In this document: positions 1 through 7,500 of the stretch, piece after piece
Position numbering within the stretch: the stretch's first letter is position 1
Layout: each line of letters starts with the position of its first letter
From: a candidate division WOR-3 bacterium
Lineage (GTDB): Bacteria > Hydrothermota > Tepidihabitantia > SM23-42 > CAYGYG01
Direction: 5' to 3'
Assembly: GCA_965648915.1 (NCBI GenBank)
Contig: CBFGIV010000056.1
Span: 1 to 13,678 of the forward strand
DNA length: 13,678 nucleotides
Translations under genes and position numbers: made by a program
The notes under the pieces: model-generated
The model's input: only the letters and a program-made list of their open reading frames with translations
Database searches by the model: none
What the model was told of the DNA's origin: nothing

Positions 1-56
1 TTTCTTAGTCTCTTTAATGGGTATGGTGGGGTAAGGCCTATTTTTAGTTTTTGCAT
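1..56 (-). CDS. 5' end of an unidentified gene running off the left edge (MQKLKIGLTPPYPLKRLR...)
   Basis: ATG at 56-54 with AGGAGG Shine-Dalgarno at 67-62, open frame to the window edge, and a promoter just upstream. Not in the ORF track. Confidence 0.75.
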   Translation of the reverse strand, partial: MQKLKIGLTPPYPLKRLR

Positions 57-73
57 ATCTTCCTCCTTGCCTC

Positions 74-102
74 ATCATACCTTAAAATTCCTAAAAAATC
101 AA
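74..102 (-). promoter_or_regulatory. sigma70-type promoter for the left-edge gene
   Basis: TTGATT (102-97), 17-nt spacer, TATGAT (79-74); predicted start site falls about at the SD. Confidence 0.6.
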
Positions 103-137
103 AAGGAAAAGTGGAGAGGACTCAGTTGTAAATATTC

Positions 138-166
138 TTGACATCGACACTCGATGATCATATAAT
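138..166 (+). promoter_or_regulatory. Perfect-consensus sigma70 promoter
   Basis: TTGACA (138-143), 17-nt spacer, TATAAT (161-166); ATG follows at 172. Confidence 0.85.
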
Positions 167-171
167 TGATA

Positions 172-930
172 ATGTTCCGGTTATCGATTCTAATCGCCAA
201 TCTATATTGCGGTTTACTTTTCAGTGAGATTACACTGCTCCGGGAAATTAAACTTCCCGGGAATTTTAGATTCTTTCGTGCCCTGGAGCAAAATCTCTTT
301 TTTGCCCCGGAAATTGGCAATCGGGTCTTTGTGACCGATTCTAATTGTCAGATCACCGGCGAGCATATTTTGACGGCTGTGCCTTTTCAGAAGATAACCG
401 GTTTTTATGTCACACCCTACTCGTTCTTTATCAGTGATGGTGATTCAATATATCAGTATCACCGGCGTTTTGGTCGGAGCGAAATTTTCTATCGTTCGGC
501 CAACATCATTGGTTTTGTAATAACTGAAGAGGGAGAGGCTGCAGTCATCGACCATTATGGCCAGAGGGTTGTCTTTCTTGATCGTTTTGGACAGACCAAG
601 ATCAGATTGACAAAATATCGCCCCCGGACGATAAGTTACCTGAATCGTTATTTCTGGATAGCCGAACCCGACCGTATTGTAAAAATTGATGAGTATGGCA
701 ATGAGGTCTTCCAGTATAAAATTAGGGGCGTGAAAAGAATAGCCCTGACCCAGGACCTGACCATCTTTTTAATGGAGAATGGCAAAGATATTAAGTTATT
801 GCAGGACGATAGACTCTTGGCTTATCGTCTTGAGAAGAAAGTGATTGATATCGGGACTGATCTTAAAAACTTTTATGGTCTCAACGCCAATGGTAATCTA
901 TTACTTAAGTATACTATCGATTTTAAATAG
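172..930 (+). CDS. Hypothetical protein, probably exported beta-propeller (NHL/YVTN-like), 252 aa
   Basis: Hydrophobic N-terminus; repeated blade-like motifs (GNRVFVTD, GQRVVFLDRFGQ, DRIVKIDEYGN). ATG 172 preferred over TTG 166, which overlaps the -10 box. Confidence 0.65.
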   Translation: MFRLSILIANLYCGLLFSEITLLREIKLPGNFRFFRALEQNLFFAPEIGNRVFVTDSNCQITGEHILTAVPFQKITGFYVTPYSFFISDGDSIYQYHRRFGRSEIFYRSANIIGFVITEEGEAAVIDHYGQRVVFLDRFGQTKIRLTKYRPRTISYLNRYFWIAEPDRIVKIDEYGNEVFQYKIRGVKRIALTQDLTIFLMENGKDIKLLQDDRLLAYRLEKKVIDIGTDLKNFYGLNANGNLLLKYTIDFK

Positions 931-3613
931 TTCACCATTCAGTCTGATCTTTGATTCGGTCTATGTCCGTTATCGATTAGAGACTGAATCATCGGCAACT
1001 CAAATTTATACCCCGTATAGCACTCCATCGGACGGTGATCTGATGATGAGTGGGACAAAGTCTTTCACCGTTAATGTCGGTGATGAAGGGGGAGGTTTAG
1101 AACAGGGGATGAATGTCAATTTCACCGGTAAGATATCCGGCGCCCGAATTGAAGGCAATTTTAGCGATCAGGGGGTACCGGCTGAGACTAAGGGTATTAC
1201 CGAGATCGATAAGATGAAGTTTGGTGTTTATGCCCAGCGTTTTGGTGCCGAATTGGGTGATCTCGACATTCAGTATCCATTCGGTGTTGTCCGGAGTATG
1301 GGTGGCGGTTTAGTATCTTTTAAAGATGACCCACATCAGGCCCGGGCCGTTTATGGGCAGAGTAAAGGTCGTTTTACGACTATTTCATTTAATGGTGTTG
1401 AAGGCAAACAAGGGCCTTATTTTCTTTCCCGGGCCGGGCAGATTATTCCGGAGAGTGAGAAGATTTTTCTTAATGGGGCTCAGTTGGTTCGAGGTGATGA
1501 CTACTACATCGACTATGAAATGGCATCGCTTACCTTCACCACTAAACACCTGATCACCAATCGTTCCCGGATCGAGGCCGATTTTCAATACGGGGACTAT
1601 GACTATCCCTTAATATTAAACTCGGTGGATGGCTATTTTGCACCGGGTCGAGTAAATCTTGGTCTCTTTATCTTCCGTGAGTATAATGATAAGAATGCGC
1701 CGCTATTTTTTGATTTGACCCCGGCGGAGAAGTTTAATCTGCAGCAGATTGGCGATGACAGCACAAGGGCATTCCGTTCTGGTGCCGACTCAACCGCTGG
1801 TGATTACATCAAGGTTGATGACCATTTTCTCTATGTCGGTGGTGATAGTGGCGATTATAAAGTAACTTTTTCATATGTCGGGCCGGGTCAGGGCGATTAC
1901 CGCTATGATCGTTCAATCCACGCTTATCGATATATGGGCACAGGACTTGGTGAATATCTTCCCCGTATCTACATACCTTTGCCCAAGAAGAGTGAATTTG
2001 CCGGAGTCCAGTTAGGATACCGGGAGATGGTTGATTTAAAATATTATCGATCACGCCACGATCGCAATCTCTTTTCAAGCGAGGATGATAATGATAATAC
2101 CGGCCAGGGCTTTGATGGCGAATTCAATCTTAAGAAGAAGATTTATTACTTAAAGGTCAACCAGATGGTACTCGGGCCTAATCTCTTTATCCCCGGACGG
2201 AAATATGAAGTTGACCACTGCTACCGGTATAATCTATCCCAGGATGAGGTAAGAACGAAGAGTGAATTTGCTGCCGGGCTTCAACCCATGAATTTCTTAA
2301 GACTCAATTCTGAATACGGTCTGATAAATAATGAATATAAACGGATTGCTTCGGCTCTCAATTTCTATGCTTTAGACCTTGGCTTTGAATTTCTTAATCT
2401 TTTACACCGCTACCAGATCGGTCTTGATACTTCAACAAAATGGTTGAATATCAATTGCCGTTTTCTTGAAGAGCGCTACGATTGGCGTGAGGATTATATG
2501 TGGACCTCGACCAATCAGTTTGTCCTGAAATTTTTAAGCCCGCTGATTTTTAATCTTGGTTATACCTATGAAGATGATACCACGGGCATAAGCCGAACCA
2601 AACAGGGTGGATTCTCGATCAGTGATATATTTGAGGCCAATTTAGGCATAAGGAATTTTATCAATGACCGATATATCTTTGCCTCCAGCCGTGTCCACAT
2701 TGTTACCCGATATTTTACAACCAACGGATTTTTTGAAAGGACCAATTCTCTGATTCAGAAGCTCGATGAGGTATTTCGCAAGGTTGAACCCGGCAGAGGA
2801 AATTATGTTCAGGATCCGGTAACCCGGGAATTTATTCCAAAACCCAGGGGTGATTATATAAGAGAATTTATCCGTCTTGAGGAATTTGAGCGGGTTGATG
2901 CTTATCGCTATAGTATTGACTTTTATTCTATGCCCTTTGAGGTCCTGGAGATAAGGACAGCAGTCGATGGTTCAGATGAGAAACTCTATCGAGAGAGAAA
3001 TATCAGCCCGATTTTGACACTCCAGCCAGGGGCGGATTTTACTTTTAATCTATTCGGGCAAAATCGCCGGGTTGCTGACGAACGCTATTACGGAGCAACT
3101 GAAACAAAGAACGATCAGGTTGGTTTCGAACCAAGTTATCGAGGACTGGGCGGCCATTTTGAATATCTGCGTGATATTCAGTTGCAGGATCGGCATACAA
3201 TCGAGTTAAAAAAGGGATGGAAGAACTGGCTTCTCCAGAATTTCCGATTGAAACTTGACTGGTGGTTAAAAGGGGGTTATAATTATATGGTAGTGGAGAT
3301 GCCGTACTATTATCCTGAATTAGGATATTTCCACCTGTACGAGCCGAATTGTGGTGCCGGGGTCGCTTATCCTCTACAAAACTCAGGCCGGATCGACCTT
3401 GGCGCCGAGTTTCTCTATCGTTTTGCAGATATTGCGCGCTTACCTTTTAGCATCGCTATCGAATCACCTCCTGGTTTGACACAGAATTATAATCTGAACG
3501 GATCTTATAATTTAAATGACTGGACGGTAATCTTTGCCCGCTATTATGCGGAAAAGCGGCCCGGTGAGAAGATTACCTATAATCTGCGCGCTGAATTGAA
3601 GATCAGGTTTTAA
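890..3613 (+). CDS. Large outer-membrane beta-barrel protein with SprA/Sov-like motif (~907 aa; start uncertain among 845, 875, 890)
   Basis: Signal-like N-terminus from ATG 890 (MVIYYLSILSILNS); many alternating aromatic beta-strands; C-terminal beta-signal ending in Phe (AELKIRF); motif IIPESEKIFLNGAQLVRGDDYYIDY. Confidence 0.7.
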   Translation: MVIYYLSILSILNSSPFSLIFDSVYVRYRLETESSATQIYTPYSTPSDGDLMMSGTKSFTVNVGDEGGGLEQGMNVNFTGKISGARIEGNFSDQGVPAETKGITEIDKMKFGVYAQRFGAELGDLDIQYPFGVVRSMGGGLVSFKDDPHQARAVYGQSKGRFTTISFNGVEGKQGPYFLSRAGQIIPESEKIFLNGAQLVRGDDYYIDYEMASLTFTTKHLITNRSRIEADFQYGDYDYPLILNSVDGYFAPGRVNLGLFIFREYNDKNAPLFFDLTPAEKFNLQQIGDDSTRAFRSGADSTAGDYIKVDDHFLYVGGDSGDYKVTFSYVGPGQGDYRYDRSIHAYRYMGTGLGEYLPRIYIPLPKKSEFAGVQLGYREMVDLKYYRSRHDRNLFSSEDDNDNTGQGFDGEFNLKKKIYYLKVNQMVLGPNLFIPGRKYEVDHCYRYNLSQDEVRTKSEFAAGLQPMNFLRLNSEYGLINNEYKRIASALNFYALDLGFEFLNLLHRYQIGLDTSTKWLNINCRFLEERYDWREDYMWTSTNQFVLKFLSPLIFNLGYTYEDDTTGISRTKQGGFSISDIFEANLGIRNFINDRYIFASSRVHIVTRYFTTNGFFERTNSLIQKLDEVFRKVEPGRGNYVQDPVTREFIPKPRGDYIREFIRLEEFERVDAYRYSIDFYSMPFEVLEIRTAVDGSDEKLYRERNISPILTLQPGADFTFNLFGQNRRVADERYYGATETKNDQVGFEPSYRGLGGHFEYLRDIQLQDRHTIELKKGWKNWLLQNFRLKLDWWLKGGYNYMVVEMPYYYPELGYFHLYEPNCGAGVAYPLQNSGRIDLGAEFLYRFADIARLPFSIAIESPPGLTQNYNLNGSYNLNDWTVIFARYYAEKRPGEKITYNLRAELKIRF

Positions 3614-3643
3614 GGGTTAATATGGAAAGAAAGGCAGGGAATT

Positions 3644-4510
3644 GTGAGTAGAACCTATCTGGTTACGGGTGGTGGTTTTATTGCTGCCCAGTTACTCATT
3701 GCTAAACTTATTGAAAAGGGCAATCTTGTCTATGCACTATTTACTTCACCCAAACAGGTGCCGATGAGTCTCTTGGGTAAAATAAATTTAAAATTCGCTT
3801 TCATCGATTTTGAACGCGAAACGGGATTTGAGAAGAGTCTGCCCACGATGGCCGATGGTATTTTTCACCTCTACGATGTTGAAGTCGGTCATCAGGCGAA
3901 TAGTAAGATGTTTATGGGTAATTCGCTCTCGACATTACTCCTGCTCGATTGGGGCAAGAAGGCCGGGATTAAGGAGTTCGTGCTTGGTTCATCCAGCATA
4001 GTCTATGGTGGGGGGGAGGCCCAGCTCAGTGAGAGCGATCGGCCACGCCCTACTACATTTTCTGCTTTGACGAAATATATCGCTGAGATGGTCGCAGGGT
4101 TTTACCAGAAATTTTTTAATATCAAAATTCTGAGAATCTTCCCTGTCTTTGGACCGGGTGTAAACTCCGGGCTCTTTTATGAAATTATGACCAGGATCAA
4201 GGATGATGAGACTATCGATCTACCCTGCTCAAAGGTTACGCCGATATACCTCAATGACCTGGTTGAAGTTCTTATTAAGGTCTTAGAACTGGATGGCTCG
4301 ATGATTTTAAATGTCTGCGGCTCTGAGGTAGTAACAATGAATGAAGCAGTATCTATGATTGGAGATCTGTTAGGCAAGAGGCCGAAACTTACTGGCTCAC
4401 CTAAGAGTTCATATGTTGGCAGTAATAAAAAATTGACCGATCTAACAGGATTTTCATTCAATCTTCCATTCCGGTCCGGAGTCGAGCAGATGGCGAAGGG
4501 GTTAAAATAA
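3644..4510 (+). CDS. NAD-dependent epimerase/dehydratase family (extended SDR), atypical active site
   Basis: YLVTGGGFIA Rossmann motif, SSSIVYG, LRIFPVFGPG, IYLNDLV, LNVCG; GTG start after a purine-rich stretch. Confidence 0.85.
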   Translation: MSRTYLVTGGGFIAAQLLIAKLIEKGNLVYALFTSPKQVPMSLLGKINLKFAFIDFERETGFEKSLPTMADGIFHLYDVEVGHQANSKMFMGNSLSTLLLLDWGKKAGIKEFVLGSSSIVYGGGEAQLSESDRPRPTTFSALTKYIAEMVAGFYQKFFNIKILRIFPVFGPGVNSGLFYEIMTRIKDDETIDLPCSKVTPIYLNDLVEVLIKVLELDGSMILNVCGSEVVTMNEAVSMIGDLLGKRPKLTGSPKSSYVGSNKKLTDLTGFSFNLPFRSGVEQMAKGLK

Positions 4511-4526
4511 AAAAATCTGGATTCGA

Positions 4527-5543
4527 TCAGAAGGTTTCGATCAACTTTTGAAAGTTCCTTTTAGCCTCCTCGATCAGTCCGGGTTCATTAAGATATCTCA
4601 GTACCTCATCTTTGATTACGTCGGGCCGCGGGTTGAAGAATACTGGAACGGCCTTTGAACCCAGAATGATATTGACTATATTGAACTCTTTAATTCGGAC
4701 AAAGAGGCGACTGAAGATTAGATCAGAAAAATGTGGATTATATATGTGCAGATGGGGAATCTTGAGCAGACCCGCCTCAAGTGAAGCAGTACCTGAAGAG
4801 AGTAATATAAGACTACATTTTGACATTTCAACATACCTATTGTTATAAACTACTTCAATCCAATTTGGTAATTTTTGATTAAGTAAATATTTATTATGTA
4901 AAATAACCTTAAATTTTAAATCTTTTATACTATCTCTTAATCTATCAGCAATTTCAACCATTAAGTCCAGATGGAGATCAATCTGGGATCTTCTTGAGCC
5001 AGGCATAAGTCCAATAGTAATGGGGGTTGAGGGTTGGCCCTTAATCTTACTTAAATAATCAATCAGAGGGTTTTTTATATATTCAATCTTGATCCCTTTT
5101 TTTCGATAGTAATCGACCTCAAATTTAAAAAAAGAGATTACCAGGTCAGTATATCTCTTAATGAGATACTTGCGGAAATTACCCCAGGCCCAGATCTGTG
5201 GAGGGAGGAGGTAGAAAACTTTGATCTTCATCTTTTTACAAACTCTGCACAGCAGGATATTTAAACCGGGATAGGCAACCGCTATAAAGATATCCGGTTT
5301 CTCTTCTCTAATTTTTCTTAAAATCATCCTGTATAATCTCAGGTTTTTCCTTAAAGCGGTCAACCCACTGGCAAAGCCAAATATTGAGAGTTGCTCAGTG
5401 GTAAGGAATAATCTTGCTCCCACTCTTTTCAGTTCTTCGCCACCGACTCCGACGATTTCAGTCCCGGACCCATAGTATCTTCTTAAATAGTGTGCTGAAT
5501 AGAGATCGCCCGATGGCTCACAGGCACAGATAAAGATCTTCAT
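4527..5543 (-). CDS. lpxB: Lipid-A-disaccharide synthase
   Basis: LpxB signatures CEPSGDL (GExSGD), AYPGLN (DxPxFN), PPQIWAW, MPGSR and SGTASLE. Confidence 0.92.
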   Translation of the reverse strand: MKIFICACEPSGDLYSAHYLRRYYGSGTEIVGVGGEELKRVGARLFLTTEQLSIFGFASGLTALRKNLRLYRMILRKIREEKPDIFIAVAYPGLNILLCRVCKKMKIKVFYLLPPQIWAWGNFRKYLIKRYTDLVISFFKFEVDYYRKKGIKIEYIKNPLIDYLSKIKGQPSTPITIGLMPGSRRSQIDLHLDLMVEIADRLRDSIKDLKFKVILHNKYLLNQKLPNWIEVVYNNRYVEMSKCSLILLSSGTASLEAGLLKIPHLHIYNPHFSDLIFSRLFVRIKEFNIVNIILGSKAVPVFFNPRPDVIKDEVLRYLNEPGLIEEAKRNFQKLIETF

Positions 5544-6121
5544 TTTATCAGATTGATCAGAGCAGGTTTGATGATAATTAATAGATAGACAATAGCAATG
5601 AGCACTAAGGTGTTTTTTTCTTTCTTTAAATTGGCAACCAGAAATCTCTGTTCTTGAGATACTCTTTTTCTGGTTGACTTAAAACCGATGATCATCGCTA
5701 CTGATTTCTTATACTCTTCGTATTTCGCCCCGGCTTTTTCTATTAAGAAAGATTCTTCGGCAGTGATGATTGTTAAATATTCGAAGAGAAAAAGGAGAAT
5801 TACGACAAGGGTTATGAACAATCCCGGTGCGTAGAGGATGAGAACGCCGAGCGTGAGCAAGAAGTTACCGAGATATAGAGGATGGCGGGAGTATCGGTAA
5901 GGTCCTGAAGTAATAACCTGATGAATGCTGAAATATCTGTATCGAGAAGTTGCATCGCTGAAGCCTGAAGCCCAGATTCTTAAGGCAAAACCAGATGCGA
6001 TAAAGATACTCCCCCATAATAATCCCGCACGGGTCAAAATACCATAATATAAGATTAGCAGATAGAAGGGAATGGGGAGGATGGAGCGATAATAGTAGAA
6101 GAAATTTCCTAATCGGCGCAC
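5540..6121 (-). CDS. ICMT/Ste14-family membrane methyltransferase, probable lipid A 1-phosphate O-methyltransferase (LmtA-like)
   Basis: ITSGPYRYSRHPLYLGN and EESFL...YEEYKKSV family motifs; several TM helices; N-terminal GNFFYYYRSILP; ATGA overlap with lpxB. Confidence 0.8.
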   Translation of the reverse strand: MRRLGNFFYYYRSILPIPFYLLILYYGILTRAGLLWGSIFIASGFALRIWASGFSDATSRYRYFSIHQVITSGPYRYSRHPLYLGNFLLTLGVLILYAPGLFITLVVILLFLFEYLTIITAEESFLIEKAGAKYEEYKKSVAMIIGFKSTRKRVSQEQRFLVANLKKEKNTLVLIAIVYLLIIIKPALINLIK

Positions 6122-6144
6122 AGGTCAGGATAATTGCGACACTG

Positions 6145-6160
6145 ATAAGAGATCTCTTAT
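6145..6160. repeat. Perfect 16-bp palindrome ATAAGAGATCTCTTAT (candidate operator)
   Basis: Self-reverse-complementary; intergenic, 24-39 nt upstream of the GTG at 6121. Confidence 0.6.
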
Positions 6161-6210
6161 TTCAGCAATAGAGACTTTTTGCACGGTAAGGAACTATCCA
6201 GTAATTAAAA

Positions 6211-6293
6211 TGCCGAGGAGGGGAGTTGAACCCCTACCCCTGTTCGGGACTAGGTCCTGAACCTAGCGCGTCTGCGAATTCCGCCACCTCGGC
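6211..6293 (-). tRNA. tRNA-Leu(CAG), CCA not encoded
   Basis: Acceptor GCCGAGG/CCTCGGC plus discriminator A; anticodon arm CTAGG-TTCAGGA-CCTAG; long variable arm CCC-GAACA-GGG; T arm AGGGG-TTCAACT-CCCCT. Confidence 0.96.
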
Positions 6294-6311
6294 AAAAAAT
6301 CACGGAAAGTG

Positions 6312-6536
6312 TTAAAATACCTGTTCCACCGCTTTCACACCGGGGACTTTCTCTTTCAATTTCTGCTCAATCGCCATCTTGAGTGTATAGGCACTCATCG
6401 GACAACCACCACAGGCACCGGTCAGTTTAACTTTAACAACCCCCTCTTCACTGACATCGAGCAATTGAACATCGCCGCCATCGCGCTGAAGAAAGGGCCG
6501 GATCTCGTTTAAGACTGCTTCAACCTGCTCTTTCAC
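6312..6536 (-). CDS. NifU C-terminal/Nfu-domain Fe-S cluster carrier protein
   Basis: [12 protein letters not shown] and GACGGCPMS (CxxC) motifs; GTG start with AGGAGG at 6548-6543. Confidence 0.95.
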   Translation of the reverse strand: MKEQVEAVLNEIRPFLQRDGGDVQLLDVSEEGVVKVKLTGACGGCPMSAYTLKMAIEQKLKEKVPGVKAVEQVF

Positions 6537-6587
6537 AAAAAACCTCCTTGGACATCAGTCCTGAACCGAGAAAGGTCTTATTTATTA

Positions 6588-6615
6588 ATTATAATTAAAA
6601 AACCTATTTTGTTAA
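6588..6615 (-). promoter_or_regulatory. sigma70-type promoter for nfu-tRNA-Leu
   Basis: TTAACA (6615-6610), 16-nt spacer, TATAAT (6593-6588); the -35 lies in the last codons of the PHP gene. Confidence 0.6.
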
Positions 6616-7479
6616 GAGTTTTTTTGCGAAATCTTTTAGTGGCAAAAGTTCCTTTTTTCGCCCTTGATAGGTCGCAACCCGGTCAATACCTGCACTTTTC
6701 ATCAATTCAAATGCCCGATCAAAATCTCGCCCCACATCTTCCGGAGTATGGGCATCAGAACCGAGTGTGAATGAAATCCCCAGTCTGGTCGATTCGATGA
6801 TAAGGTTCAGCGCCGGATAGATCTCTCTTACTGGACGACGTAATCCGGCAGTATTTATTTCGATGCTCATCTTCGAACTGGCGAGGAGATTTATTACGGC
6901 CAATGCCTTCTCATTAACAAATCCTCTGGGATAGTGTCCGAATATTTTGATCAGATCGAGATGGCCGATAACATCAAAGAGTCTCGAACGGACCGCATCT
7001 GCAACCAGAGCAAAATACTGGTCATATATCTGGAGCAGGTCTTTGTTCTGCCAGGTCTGGATCCGATCGGGAAAATCAAATCCCCAGCCTTGGATCCAGT
7101 GGACCGAGCCGATGATATAATCCCAGGGTCTTGCTTCGATGAATTGTCCAATCAACTCTTCGCAGTCTCTTAAGTAATCGACCTCACAGGCCAATTTCAC
7201 GGGATAGCCTTTTGCCTTCATCTTGAGGATAAAATCTAAATACTCTTCGACCGAACGGATTGCCTGTTTTTGCCACCATTGCCTCATAAACCTTGCTTCT
7301 TCCTGATAATCAGATCCTTCAGTTAACTTTTCTAATATTGGTTTTGACTCAATAAAACAGTGGAGATGTTCGGTAATTCCAAATTCCGTAATTCCACGCT
7401 CCCGACCGACTCTCAAAAACTTAGTCAGCCAATCTTCCTGATATGGGCCTGATTCAATATGGATATGATAATCGATCAT
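6604..7479 (-). CDS. PHP-domain histidinol-phosphate phosphatase family protein (HisK/HisJ-like)
   Basis: DYHIH, GITEH, DYIIGSVH, GHLDLIK, IEINTAGLR and GSDAH metal-binding motifs. Confidence 0.9.
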   Translation of the reverse strand: MIDYHIHIESGPYQEDWLTKFLRVGRERGITEFGITEHLHCFIESKPILEKLTEGSDYQEEARFMRQWWQKQAIRSVEEYLDFILKMKAKGYPVKLACEVDYLRDCEELIGQFIEARPWDYIIGSVHWIQGWGFDFPDRIQTWQNKDLLQIYDQYFALVADAVRSRLFDVIGHLDLIKIFGHYPRGFVNEKALAVINLLASSKMSIEINTAGLRRPVREIYPALNLIIESTRLGISFTLGSDAHTPEDVGRDFDRAFELMKSAGIDRVATYQGRKKELLPLKDFAKKLLTK

Positions 7480-7500
7480 TGAGCAGGGGTTGTCAAAAGA

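Noticed and set aside
5530..5545. Stop-codon recoding (Sec/Pyl) or fusion of the methyltransferase with LpxB
   Set aside because: Ordinary ATGA overlap; both proteins look complete in separate frames.
6181..6230. tRNA-Leu 3' end as an integration site
   Set aside because: No duplicate of the tRNA 3' end and no integrase or phage genes in the window.
7468..7496. TTGACA on the minus strand just upstream of the PHP gene
   Set aside because: Only 11 nt before the ATG; the nearest -10-like hexamer (TATCAT) is 20 nt away and inside the CDS.
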